NCBI GenBank assembly: GCA_973895155.1
Contig: OZ316893.1
Span: forward strand, 16,398,645-16,462,644
Reading direction: 5' to 3'
DNA length: 64,000 nucleotides
Source: Marsupella aquatica
Taxonomy: Eukaryota; Plantae; Marchantiophyta
A program made the translations under genes and the position numbers. How positions within the stretch are numbered: the first letter of the stretch is position 1; the number at the start of each line of letters is the position of its first letter. Of the stretch, positions 36,015-48,800 are shown piece by piece. Under the pieces are notes generated by a model. The model saw nothing but the letters and a program-made list of their open reading frames with translations. It did not search any database and was not told the origin of the DNA.

Positions 36015-39000
36015 TGTGGTGCGTCCCATGGCTCCCTAAACCCAAGAACCCCCCCAGCTCAAGCCGATTCCTGCAGGTTTCACGCTTGGCTAGGCCGTTT
36101 CCGCGGCTTAGCGGCATGGGACGCTGCTAACCTCCTTCTACTATTACTATTAGCCTTTTACACACATATACTGGATAGATCCTTCATCGGGTCATGAGAT
36201 ACGTAGCCGGCCTAATCTAGGCCTTCCCTTGTCTTCCTCTCCTTCTGGTTAGGTATGTTTGGATTCCGCCGCCGGAATGATCCCCAATAGGCTTGGTTAA
36301 GCCGCTAAGACCTCTCTCAGCTCGACACATCCAACTCTCACTCCCCTGCTTACTTTCCTTCCTCTGTTGGTTGATGTGGGCACTCTTCACACAAGTTAAT
36401 GCGACACACAAATAGCAAAATGACTCCTTCTGACTGAGTCATACCATGCACTTGCCATACAAACAGTACATCTCATACACAAGCTCTGCGAACTAAGCCG
36501 TGAGGCCAACTCTATTCAGCTCTTAGGCATGAGGAAACATGAATATACACAAGGTCACGGTATGACTAACCAAGAGCTTCTCTTACTACTTGATCCCAGC
36601 CCGGCTGGTGCAAACTAAAAACTTGCTAAAGAAGAGGCCCTGAGCTCCCCGCTGCCCAGGTACTTATCCTGGTAGTGGATCCGCCTAATTCTTTGCAGCG
36701 TAAGCCTAACCTACCTAACAGTAATCTACCTGCCCGGATCTACCTATGTACAGCAAGGCAGGAGCACGAGTGTTGCTCCTACCAGTGGAACCGCAATCCC
36801 ACTAAGCTAAGTGTCAGGGCCGCTCCTGGTCCTGATCTTAATCCTAAACTTGGAGATCAGCGCCCGCCCTGCCCACTCACGCCTCCTACCTCCATGTTCG
36901 CCCTTCCTAAAAGGAACGGCGCCCTTGCACCGTCACGACACCGGTGGTGGATCCTCAATGGACGCCCCCAATGCTTCCTCCTCAGCCACTGCCGTTGGTC
37001 CGTCCTCTGACAGATTACCTGCCTCTGACCGAGTCAACTTTTCATCGGCCTGACTGGGCCCACACTCGGCTTCGGCATCGGTTCGGGAATCATACTCGGC
37101 TACGGCCTCAGCCTCGGCTTCAGCCACTGTCTCCCCGGCCTGCTCAAGAGGTGAATCTGGGATACCGGCCTCATTACTGAGTAGTTCGGCTTGGGCCGCG
37201 CCATCCCCACCTTTGGTGATAGCGGAATCTATTGTCGTGTTCATGCCGGAGGTTGGTGCCGGTTTGAGTACGGCTTGAGGGGTCGAATAACCTCCGGACC
37301 CCGAAGGTTTCCGCTTCTTCTTCTTCACTATCTCCACAGCCGGTTCCTTCCCCTTGCCGCCAACGTCCGGCACCGGGCCGTGTGTCACGGCTGGTCCTTC
37401 GGTAATTACCACTCCTGGTAACTGGTTTGCCCCAACGGGAGATGGACCTGATGTAGCTAAGCATTTAAATGCTGCAGCTTGTTTCTTCAGCCGCTCAGTT
37501 TGGTTGTCGGCCCGCCGCTGTAGGTTCTCCATCTTCCTTGTGATTTCCTCCAACTCCTCCTGGGTCTCATCCAGGTCCTTACGTGCCTTCTCCAGCTCGT
37601 TTTTGGCTTCCTCCAATTCCCTGTGGGCTTCCTCCAATTCCTTCTTGGTGGTAGCCCTCTCCTCCTGGGTTGCTCTTAGCTCCTTGTTGAGCTCTGCTAC
37701 AACCTCAGACTCCATGTTATTCATCTTGGCATAAGTCTGGTCGAGCTGGGCGTCCTTCTCCCGCAGGTCGGCCTTGAAGCTGGCCGACAGGGACGCAAGC
37801 TCCTGCTGTAGCGCAATAATCCCTTGATAGGATTTCCCTAACTCGGCCTCCTTCTGCTCAAGGGCTCCGCGGATTTTCTCGAGCTCTCCCTTCAGCGCCC
37901 TTTCCCTTCTCTGAGTCTCCGTCGTGACCCGGTTGTTGACTGCTATATGGGCCTCCTCTGCGTTTCTCAGCTCCTTCTTCCATTTCTCCCTGTCCTTGAT
38001 TGCGTCGGCCAATTCTCCCTGGGTCTGAGTCAGTTTATCCTTGATAATCTGATTATCAGCCTGCGCTGTGTCCAACTGCCCCTGCATGATGTTCAGCTCA
38101 TGCCGCTTAATCCGCAGTTCATCTTGGGCTTTCTTGGCCGCCCTTAGATCTTCAATCTCGGCTTCCATCCTCCTAAGCCGTCGGATGACCTCGTCCTTCT
38201 TGCTTCTCTCTAAAGCCACCGGTTCTTCCAATTGGTGCTTCTCCAACTGCTCCCTATGGAAAAAGGGTCCTACCTCCAACTCCTCCCCAAAGATGCCGAG
38301 CGCAAGTTCCCCACACATCTCACCATACTCCATGGCTCTATTCTTAGCGTAGGTGGAGTAAGTAGAAGTGATCGGCATCGCCCATCGCGGCCTCTGCTCC
38401 CAAGCCGTCTTGCGGATCTCTTCAATCGTGGCTAGAGGTTTGCTTCCCTTTTTGGCTAGCCGCCTGATGTCCTCCGGCCAATCTCCTCCTGGCAAATCCT
38501 TTTCCCTAGCCAGGGCTGCCTCCTCTTCCTGCCTGATTCGCTCCTGAAATTCCTGGGCCGTCTATTTTATGCCGTCAAAGCTCGGGGGAGCAACATCTGG
38601 TGGGGGAGACTCAGGGCTACTCTGCTGGTTGGGGTCCCCTTGTACTACCCTTGGAAGTGTGGGGATAAACCGGCCACAGGTCCTTACTCCTGGAACGTGA
38701 TGGTCCGACCCATAGCCGGAGTTATCATGGCTGCAGTCCTCCACTGCCTCCTCTACTTCTTGGACTTCCGGCTTCTCCCTCTCTTCTTCGTCGGTAGGAG
38801 CTTCAGGCAATTCTGCCTCAGATTCAGAGCTTGAGACTCCCACGTACATTCGAACACCCAGCTTGGATTCTGGCCTGATTCTGCTTAGGTTGACCTCTGG
38901 GGCAGTGTCCTGTATTGGTGCTGCTGCCGAAGCCGGTGCCGGTGCCGTCTTTTCCTTCTCCAGCATTTTCAGCAGATTCTGTATGCTTGGTTGCTGCATC

Positions 39001-40663
39001 GGCAAGTCTTCCTTCTTTGGCCTGAACACCTGCTCGATTGTAGGACTGTCAGGTGGTTGAGGCTTCTCTGCTACCGGCCTCGGTGCTGGAGCTTCCTCGG
39101 GTGCCCTTACCTGCAGGGGAAGTACTGGGGCAAAGGTCTGACCTCTGGCATACCGGCACAATAGCGGCATGTGATAGCCAAGCCGCGACACGCTCCCCAT
39201 GCCGATTACCTGCTGCTCCTCCTTTAAGATCTTCTTCAATTGGTTGAGGAGGTACCCGTTGTAGTCCCAGCTTGGGTCTGGCCTCTCTGCCAGATAGACC
39301 TGTGCCTTGCCGATCTCTGCCCTCGGCAAGTTACAATGCATGGTCACCCGCAAGAAGTCGATCATCTCTCCTATGTGCGGGTTGGTGCAGGTGTTCCGGA
39401 AGAAGCCATTCTTCGTTGATGGCCCGGGGAACGACCAGAACTCTTTGTCAGGCAAGGTCTTCCTAGTATCAACCTTGGTCTTATTGCCTATCGGCAAGCC
39501 AAACACTTCGGCAATCACCTTGGGAGTAAGATAGAAATCCTTCCCATATATCCTCGTGCAATTGGTCTCGGGTTCCCATGACCCCACAAATTCTGATAGG
39601 TCTGAATCCGGCACCTCCGGCTTCAGCCATGGTAATCTTACAAAGGCCTCTAAGCCGGATCCGGCCATGAAGCCTTGGTACTTCTTGGTCTGCATGGCCG
39701 TAAAACATGCATCCTCCTCCCGTGCAAAATGTAGTTGCACCTCCACTGGTAGGGTTGCCGCCCAGCCTTTCCAGGTGTCATCCCTGGTTGGAATGGCATT
39801 AATGGGATCGACCTCCTCCTCTTCGGCTTCTCTCTGCCTCCTACTCTGCTGCTCGGCTGGCTTCTTTGGTGCCGTCGACCTCATTCTTTTTGCCGGGGTG
39901 GCTTCATCGTTGACGGCTCCCTTCCTCTTCATCTCTGCTGCCGTGGAGGTTTCTCCTAGCACCGTTGCCTGGGTCCACCTTTCCGTGCTACCCTTCAATT
40001 CCCTGTGTATGTCATTGCAGTTCTTGATGGCCTCTCGAATGCCGATGATTTTGTCTTCGCAAAACAGAAGATCGTCAAGCTGATTGGAAGTAGGAGTCCA
40101 CAAGAACTCGGCCTTGATGAGTTCGCCTCCTAAGAAAGCCGTCTTCTGCAGCTCCCACAATCGAGCGAGCTCCTGTCGTTCTCGAGCTGCCATTTCTGAT
40201 TCTTCATCCTCGTAAGTCTTGATGTACTCAGTTGCCCGTTCAAACAGGCATCCCCAAAAAATGTGCCGCTTGATTGACGTTGCTCATACCCTCCTTAGGT
40301 CGATCGTTGGTATCTACTCTCTCCCCGAGTGCTTGCCTAAGCAGCTGACAGTAGTTGGCCTCCCGTAGTCGTCTGCCTAGTTCGTGCTCGCAAATGAGCC
40401 ACCATCTCTTGCAAGCGCTCCTTACCCCTCTCCTCTTCCGGTCCTTCCTTCCGTTGATCCTTCCTAGCCGCCGACGCTTAGCGCGCCCTAACCCTAATCG
40501 AGTTTTCACCCCCAACGTCCTTACCTCCGGCCTCGGCCCGGGTTCCATAGTCGCCCCTAATTGTTTATATTTTCCTTGTTTTGTCCCTATACTAAGGTGT
40601 TTCTAGGGTGCACTCCTGCTTTACCCACTTAACTGGCCGAGTGATTCTTGGCTAGGCATCACA
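36015..40663 (-). mobile_element. Family X giant solo LTR copy 5 (4,649 bp), antisense inside the 5' LTR
   Basis: TGTGGTGC at 36015 and GCATCACA ending at 40663. TSD GGGAA at 36010-36014 and 40664-40668. Confidence 0.95.
36933..40548 (-). pseudogene. LTR-borne ORF of copy 5 (~1,200 codons; one frameshift near 40255, one TAG at 38562)
   Basis: ORFs 38562-40193 (543 aa) and 36933-38495 (520 aa) are in the same frame. The N-terminal piece is 40240-40548. Confidence 0.88.
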
Positions 40664-42596
40664 GGGAAAAGTGGAAGCAGGAGCTGAGGGACGCAAAGGA
40701 GGCCCACATAACCGCCAACAATCGGGCCATGGCGGAGACTCAAAGAAAGGAGAGGGCGTTGAAAGGAGAGCTCGAGGATATCCGCGGAGCCCTTGAGCAG
40801 AAGGAGGCCGAGTTAGGGAAATCCTATCAAGGGATTATTGCGCTACAGCAAGAGCTTGCGTCCCTGACGGCCAGCTTCAAGGCCAACTTGCGTGAGAAGG
40901 ACGACCAGCTCGACCAGACTTATGCCAAGATGAATAAGATGGAGTCTGAGGTCGTAGCGGAGCTTGACAAGGAGCTAAGAGCAACCCAGGAGGAGAGGGC
41001 TACCTTAAAATTGGAATTGGAGGAAGCAAAAAAGGAGCTGCAGGAGGGACGGAAGGACCTGGAGGAAGCCTAGGAGGAGTTGGAGGAAACCACCAGGAAG
41101 ATGGAGAACTTACAGCGGCGGGCCAACAACCAAACGGAGCGGCTGAAGAAACAGGCCGCAGTATTTAAGTGCTTAGCTTCATCTGGTCCAACTCCAATTG
41201 TGGGAACTTCGTTACCAGGAGGGGTACTGGCCGAAAGACAAGCCGAGACACACGCCCCGGTGCCGGAGGTAGGTAGCAAGGGGAAGGGACCAGCTACCAA
41301 AATAGGGAAGAAGAAGAAGCGGAAACCTTCTGGGTCTAGGAGTTATACGGCTTACCAAGCCGTTGTGACCCAGGAGGTCAACCCGGCACCAACCTCCGAC
41401 ATGGTCACGACAGTAGATCCACCTGTTGAAGAAGGTGGGGATGGCAAGGTCGAGGCCGGAACAGCTATTGATGAAGCCGAGGTACCGGATCCTCCACTAG
41501 AACATGACGGGGAGGCCGAAGCCGTATCGAAGGTCGTGACCGATGCTGAGGCCGAAGCCGAGGGTCACCCAGTCAAGCCGATGAAGAGTTGACTCGGTTT
41601 GGGGTAGGTAATCTGTCAGAGGACGGACCGACGGCAGTGGCTGCGGGGGAAGCGTTGGGGGCGTCCATTGAGGATCCGCCACCGGTGTCGTGACGGTGCA
41701 AGGGCGCCGTTCCTTTTAGGAAGGGCGGACGTGGAGGTAGGAGGCGTGAGTGGGCAGGGCGGGCTCAGATCTCCAAGTTTAGGATTAGGATCAAGACCAG
41801 GAGACGGCCTTGACACTTAGATTAGTGGGATGGCGGATCCACTGGTAGGAGCAACACTTGTGCGCCTGCCTCACTGTACAGTTAGGTAGATTACAGGTAG
41901 GATAGGTTAAGCTTACGCAGCAAAGTTCTGGACTATCCGTTGCCAGGATAAATACCTGGGCAGCGGGGAGTCCAGGGCCTCTTCTTTAGCAAGTTTTTAG
42001 TTGCACCAGCAGGGCTGGGATCAAGTAGTAAGAGAAGCTCTCGGTTAGTTATATAGTGACCCTTGTGTATATTCATGTTTCCTCATGCCTAAGAACTGAA
42101 TAGAGTTGGCCTCACGGCTTAGTTCGCAGAGCTTGTGTATGAGATGTACTGTTTGTATGGCAAGTGCCTGGTATAACTCAGTCAGAAGGAGTCATTTTGC
42201 TATTTGTGTGTCGCATTAACTTGTGTGAAGAGTGCCCACATCAATGAAGGGAAGTACCAAGGGAGTGAGAGTTGGATGTGTTGAGCTGAGAGAGGTCTTA
42301 GCGGCTTAACCAAGCCAATTGGGGATCATTCCGGTGGCGGAATCCAAACATACCTAATGGAAGACCAGGAGAGGAATACAAGGGAAGGCCTAGAATAGGC
42401 CGGCTAAGTATCTCATGACCCGATGAAGGATCTGTCCAGTATGTGTGTAAAATGTTAATAGTAGTAGAAGGAGAGTTAACAGCATCCCATGCCGCTAAGC
42501 CGCGGAAATGGCCTCGCCGAGGATGAAACCTGCAGGAATCGCCTTGAGCAAGGGGGTTTTCTTGGGTTTGGGGAGCCATGGGACGCACCACATTTT

Positions 42597-42615
42597 TGGC
42601 GCTAGATGGAGGGGG
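42597..42615 (+). promoter_or_regulatory. Primer binding site, tRNA-Asn(GTT)-type
   Basis: TGGCGCTAGATGGAGGGGG starts 4 nt after the LTR end. As recalled, the plant tRNA-Asn 3' end is ...CCCCTCCTTCTAGCGCCA, which would give one mismatch. Confidence 0.75.
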
Positions 42616-42751
42616 CATTTCTTAAGCCGTGAGATATGAAGTTAGGAAGGAAGCGTGGGTAATGACTGAACCTACACCGAGAGAGGAAAGAGCGATTCAA
42701 CGGGAGAGAGCTCGTCTGCAGTAGCTCGCCGGGTGGCATGATACACAGCGA

Positions 42752-43639
42752 TTGAGAGGGGCAAAAAGAGCTAGTAGCTCCGTAACTGAAAGTGGCATCG
42801 AAGAAGACATACCAGAAGAAGGGTCGGTAAGGAGAAGTGAGTCTCCAACCGACATGGGGGAACCAGAGGCACGGCCAGACGAGAGGCCAGGGACCAGACT
42901 GAGCCAACGGTCGCGTATTCATTACAAGGCCTTTCATGGAAGAGGAGATGAGGATCCGGACGAATGGTTGGATGACTTCGAAGGAACCGCTGCAGCAAAT
43001 GGAGAATCGGCCATCAAGATGCAAATTCTTCCCGGCTTGTTCAAGGGTGAGGCTAGGCCTTGGTACAGAGCATTGGACGTGGAAGATCAAGCCATCTGGA
43101 ATACTTTCAGATCACTATTTGTCAAAGAGTTCAACCCATTGGAACTTCAAAGTTAGCAGTGCTGAAGTTGGGACGACTTCGGTTCAAGGAGAACAAATCC
43201 TTGAGGAAGTTCCTGCAACGCTTCCAAAAGCTGGTAAGACGTACAAAGACCAATGCATTTGAAGGTATGCAACTTCAATGGTTAGTGAATGCTTTGCCAC
43301 AGAAGATGAGTTTGCAATTAGGAAGGAGAATCCAGAGACTTTAGCCGAGGCAATTAGAGATATTCAATTATACATTAATGCAGATATCACAAGCCGGAAG
43401 AAACAGCTTAAGTTTGAGAGTTCCTCATCGGAGGAAGGATCAACCCATAAGAAAAACGATAAGAAAAAGAAACATTCTAAGAAGTCAAGAAGTGATAACT
43501 CAAGCTCAGATAGTGGAGGTAGCAAGAGTGATTCATCTTCTAGTTCTGAAGAAGAAAAAACTAGGAAAAGGAAGGGCAGAAGGAGGGGGAAGATGAACTT
43601 TATACTAGTCATGTTCGGCATGTGGCTGAGGTCAGACCA
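42752..43639 (+). pseudogene. gag N-terminal/capsid part of the X element, frameshifted
   Basis: FHGRGDEDPDEWLDDFE...LFKGEARPWY...WNTFRSLFVKEF is a retrotransposon gag motif set. A Ser/Lys-rich linker follows. Confidence 0.8.
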
Positions 43640-46184
43640 TGTCAGGGAGAAGTAGAGTATTTGTAGTTTGCTATAAAGAACCAAAAACACACTTAAAGGT
43701 CTTCAAACTCGGTATTCGTTCCCGTAAAGAACAAGATGGGGTTGATTTGATACATAAAAACACAAATGAGAGTTTAAGAACTCTCTTTAACACATAGTAA
43801 TCAGGATTGATTACTTTACTAAGGTATTTTGAAGATCGCTCCACAGCGGTGAGTGGTTTTTAATGACAACTCAGCATCATGTAACCATAAATTAATGAAA
43901 AGGGAATGATTAACAAAACACAAGGAAAAATATCTCAAAGTATGCTAAGGGAGTCTGGAATAGACCAAGGTTACTCCTTAGACATAAGTCAAAATGAAAA
44001 GACTTAAGGATTCAAATCCATATTGTTTTTCAGATCTAAACTGCTTACTAGAGTACCTTTTAAAATGCCGTCAACATGTCTTATCCTTTTTTTCTAAGTG
44101 GTACTCAGATAAGATCTAAAAGGTAGCTACTTCAACATTTAGATGGTACTAAGCAACACGAAAGAAAATCCATCAATTTCAATGAGACTTAAACTCAATG
44201 AGTTAACTCCAAGAACTCAGGAGATTGTAATGAGTCACCAAAGAGGAATCTGTCATCAGATCTCATAAGATTTACACAATTGGAATTTTACTTCCCATGA
44301 TTTATTCAAAGGATTAAACCACAAGAAGGAGGAAAGTCTTCTCCTGGTGTCAAGCTTGATCTCGAACTCTTAACATTCATGATCAACTGGCAGAACACCA
44401 AGGAAAGGCAAAAATTGCTAAACTTTACCATAAACTACACTAGTGGTGGAGGGGTCTTATAGTAAAAATCTACAGAGTAAGAGGTCACAGGGTCGAAGAG
44501 ACATGCCTCTTCATACCCCTCAAAATTTTAAAATGGCGATTCAGTAAGTGAAAAGCCGGAAAAATGGCTAAGTATAAACTCGTAATCGGAAATCTGTCGG
44601 AACTCGTAATCGTAAACTAGTAACTCTTAAACTAGTAAAAACTAAGTCGTAACTCGTAATCGCGGTAAAGTAAAGACTTGATGAATTCAACTATTTTTAA
44701 CTTCCTAACTATAAGTCAGAAAACTCTGAGATTTTTCCGGGAGGTTTTCCTAGGTATAGACTATACACTAAAGAAGTATGACAGCTTCCAAAGCTCTAGA
44801 ACGCAATTCTAAAAATCAGATAAGATGCACTACTCTAAAAACTAACTAAAAACACTTAAAGACTTCTTCAAGCTTGCTGTCGGATGTCGTCTGGTTCCAG
44901 CAACTCCACAAGGGTAACAATTTGGTTCTGAGTAACCTCCATCAGTTCAGCTTGGCGTGGGGATCCTCTGGAGTATGGTAGGCACCTCAGTTGTCTCTCA
45001 AGATACATCAAAGGCATCCTCTTCATCAAATAACATGAATCTATACGAAGAGCTTCTCTGTACATCCCGATCACATCATAGTTGTTGCAGGTAGCAGCAT
45101 ACACTTGGGGATAATGAAACAGGAACTCATCACTACTCATCATCCTGGAATAGAAGGGTCAAAGTCTCCATCTGACATCTCTGAAGTATCGGTTGAATTC
45201 AGCTAGAGTCTGAGAAGTGACATTATTCCAGATCCTCTGTTTCTCAGCCAATGTACTGGTTGAAACAAGGGTAACCTTGGGTCCTTGTGGTATGTAATCG
45301 TGTTGTAGAGTAGTAGACTTCTTGCTCTGCATCAGGAAGGAAACCACAAAATCCAAGGCATAGGCTGCAAAGTTTCCAAAGTATGCCAGAACTAAGTCTA
45401 AATCCTCTACCTCTACATCACCTTGGAGTAGCATCATAGCAAGAATAGGCCGAAAGTATATTGAGTCAATCCAGAACTCATCAAATTGTGCCATTTCCAC
45501 TCTAGAAGTACCAAGACACCTAAGATCGAAGATGTAGCTTGCCTCAGTCTTCTTTAGATAGTAGTATCTCCAGAACTCTCCAACCGGTGGTTTGTTGGCC
45601 TGCATTATTTTGCAAGTGGTGGCATACCTGTGCACTTCTGACTCAGGACGTCTAGGGTACCTGCTTTCGATAGTAGCATTCCTGGGGGTTTGGGTGGACG
45701 AGGTGACCACTGCCACTAAATTTGGTTTTGATTTTAGAGCTACATTAACATTCTCAAATCCTTGCCTTGGGGATGACCCAAGAGAATTTTCATAAGATCT
45801 ATAAGTGTCACCATCTGAGGGCGGATCAGAGTCTTCAGGAAGATCCTTTCGAACATAAGGATGCTCATACTGTGACTGATGGTAGGGCGGTCCTTCAGTG
45901 GGTTCATAGTTGGAGTCAGGACTGTAAGGGGGAAAACGTGGACTAGGAGAAGGGGTAGCAGTGGGACATCGCTGCACCAGGTTGCCAACTACAGAGACTA
46001 TCTGCCGAGGATCACACTGCAATATCTCCAGTAGATCATCCACAATAGCTGCACAGCTAATATTGTCTGTTAATGGAACAAGGTCACCTGATTGAAAGGG
46101 GGTCTGTTGAGTAGCAGGGGTGAGAGTCACATATTCCACTGGTGTTGACTCTCCTGGAGGAGAAGTCATCCTGATAGGGCTTAA

Positions 46185-46605
46185 TGTTGGGTATTTACTC
46201 TTACGTCTAGGTTAGGTATGGTGTGGTTGGTACAACAACGTGGGTTGGTACAACTACGTGGTTAGGTACAACTACGTGATTAGGTACAACTATGTGGTTA
46301 GGTACAACTACGTGATTAGGTACAACTATGTGGTTAGGTACAACTAAGTTGCACACTATATCATAAGAGGCATGTGTGCTTGGAGAGGTAGAACCAAGGC
46401 TCATTGTTATGGAGCCACTTGAGAGATAGGGAGAGCTTACACTGTGGAGACTCGGTATAGCCGACGGGCTTAGAGTTTAGTAAAGCTCTCTTGTGTGTTC
46501 CCGTGGACGTAGCCTCAAGGAGGTGAACCACGTATCTCTTGTGTCGACTATTGTGCGTTGGATGGTTCATGGGCTTGCCGTTGCGATCGTCGTCTATGCT
46601 CAACA
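46185..46605 (+). repeat. copia 5' LTR (421 bp) with an 18-bp tandem array
   Basis: Direct repeat of 52265-52721. Array unit GRTTAGGTACAACTAYGT. Confidence 0.97.
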
Positions 46606-47759
46606 ATTGGTATCAGAGCATGCTTGGGAGGTGACGTGTGTTCGTGACGGGATTTCATGACGGTTTTTCCAGCGTTGAGTGTTGGTGGATTTTCCAGAGT
46701 TCCATCGCATGGAACTTGGAGTTTATGGGCTCAACGGATAGATCAGGGCAAGAGCTTTCTAACGGTGTGAAGAAATCGTTGAACGGAGCTCGTGGTGCAG
46801 AGAGATCTAAGTTTTCGTCGTTCTGGATTTTGTGAAGAAAGTTGGCAATCGACTCGGAGGGAGAAGCGTCAAGTGTTTTGACTCAACGGAGAGATTGAGG
46901 CAAGACGATTGTTTTTGAGTCCGGGATTGGCTCTTTGATGCAAAGAGGAAGGCTAAGCAAAATCAATTACCTTGTTGGACTTGGTGACGGCACCAAGTGC
47001 AATTGATCAACATTCGTTGTTGACAAGGTACCATTTTTTTCTCTTTGAAAAACTGATTCGAAATTGGCTATGGCAATTGAGAGAAATCTGTCATCTTTAC
47101 CAATTTTTTTCTCCCTCGTTCTTTCCTTGTTTTGGGTGCTTCTTATATCGATCTTCATCGCCTCGGAGTCTAGTTTCCAAATCTGAGATCGGATCTTGAT
47201 TTAGTCAAAACCCGAGTGAGATATCTTGCGTTTGGTGTCGAGGGGTACATTCTGCCGTGTGTATTTTCTGCGCGCGCGACCAGATTTCGACGACGAAGGG
47301 TGGTAGGGGGTTTTGGGGGTTCGAGGACACATGTCAGCCCCTCGATTGTTCTTCCAAAATTCCCACAGGGCCTGTACAAGGGTCATAGAATATTCCAAAA
47401 AACCAGAGAGCTATTTTTTGACCGTCCGACAAAGATTTCATCCGCCGAACGATAACTTTTTTGGTTATTTTTCGGCGAGGTCGTAGCCATTGAAGTTGGC
47501 AATGCAGCGCACCAATCACATCGCAATTCCGACAACGGGTTGTACTTGGTATTTCGGTTATTCCCTGAGGTGGTCAAAACGGGGGAGTTTCCCAAGGTTT
47601 TACCCACCTCGACCGAAATTTGAATAACTTTTCCGTCAAATTTCGATTTTGATTTTGGTTTTCAGTATTGGACTCCTAGCTTTGTGGGCTACGCGGCGGT
47701 GTTGAGTTTCGAGTTTTTTGAGAAGTTGTGAAAAACAACATTTTTTGTGACTTTCTCAT

Positions 47760-48800
47760 ATGAGTGATTCGGAGGAATTTTTCGAAGACGTGGAACTTGA
47801 AGCACGAGGATCACCGCGGCGGTTTCAGGGGCAGAGAGAGGAGCAGGAGGAAGAGCACGTGACACCGATACCATCACCGGTGCGGCGTGTGGTGGAGGAA
47901 GCAGTACTACTACCGGAGCTCACGGTAGTGCCAAAGAAGAAGATGGGGACTTTCAAGCTTGGGGGACCCAAGTATGAAGTGACAAAGTATGATGGGCGCT
48001 CTGACTACTTGCTATGGGAGAAGCAGGTGAAGGGAGTGCTCTATGCGTCAGGGATGGGCCAACTGCTGAGCACTCGTGAAGACGATGTTGATGAGAAACA
48101 ATGGGACCGCATGCAGGAGCAGGGAGTGTGGTGTGTTACACTCTATCTCATGCCTCCCATCATCAAGCAGTTAGGTGCACATAAGGATTGCATGTCCTTG
48201 TTTGCGGAATTGCAGAGCAAGTATCACCGCAAGGAGTTGTCGAACCGGCTCTACACTTCCTACAAACTGATGAGTTTCAGGATGAAGGAATCTGGTACGA
48301 AGTTGCAAGACCATGTGGATGCTTTCAACGACATGGTCGTTGACTTGGAAAACCTTGGGGAGACTTTGAATAATGAGACGAAGGCTCTGCAGCTTCTTAG
48401 TTCATTGCCTCCATCTTACCAGTCCCTATCACGAGTGTTGTTGCATCGTGATAGGGATACCATTTCATACAATGACGTGGTAAGTTCTCTGCTTAGTGAT
48501 GATCTTCAGCAGAAGATGCACATCACGTCACAGCCTTCATCATCTGGTGCTGCCCTCAATGTTAACCGTGGGAGGAGTATGCAGCGACCAACTGGGGACC
48601 GTAGAACCCAGTTTAGATCTAAATCCAGATCTAAGTCCAAGGGTAAATCCCCTCAGAGGAGGCAGGTGACATGTTGGAAGTGCAACCAAGTTGGACACTT
48701 CAAGCAAGATTGTAAGGGAAAGGCAGCGGAAACTTCATCGGCAAATGTGGCTAGGGCTGATGGAGAAGCTGATTTACTCAATGATGAGTATGTTTTATGA
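47760..48800 (+). CDS. gag: copia gag (346 aa) with CCHC zinc knuckle
   Basis: KYDGRSDYLLWEKQV, LLSSLPPSY, CWKCNQVGHFKQDC. Confidence 0.92.
   Translation: MSDSEEFFEDVELEARGSPRRFQGQREEQEEEHVTPIPSPVRRVVEEAVLLPELTVVPKKKMGTFKLGGPKYEVTKYDGRSDYLLWEKQVKGVLYASGMGQLLSTREDDVDEKQWDRMQEQGVWCVTLYLMPPIIKQLGAHKDCMSLFAELQSKYHRKELSNRLYTSYKLMSFRMKESGTKLQDHVDAFNDMVVDLENLGETLNNETKALQLLSSLPPSYQSLSRVLLHRDRDTISYNDVVSSLLSDDLQQKMHITSQPSSSGAALNVNRGRSMQRPTGDRRTQFRSKSRSKSKGKSPQRRQVTCWKCNQVGHFKQDCKGKAAETSSANVARADGEADLLNDEYVL

Larger units (their letters stand above)
33210..42592 (+). repeat. 5' LTR of the full-length X element (~4,729 bp net of nested copy 5)
   Basis: TGTGATGC...GCACCACA. The flanks differ (GGGGT vs TTTTT) and the right end abuts a PBS, so this is not a solo LTR. 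Carries the degenerate ORF at 33325-36014 + 40669-41693. Confidence 0.93.

Noticed and set aside
46220-46350. Regularly spaced repeat resembling a CRISPR array
   Set aside because: Head-to-tail 18-bp units without unique spacers, inside a eukaryotic LTR, with no cas genes.
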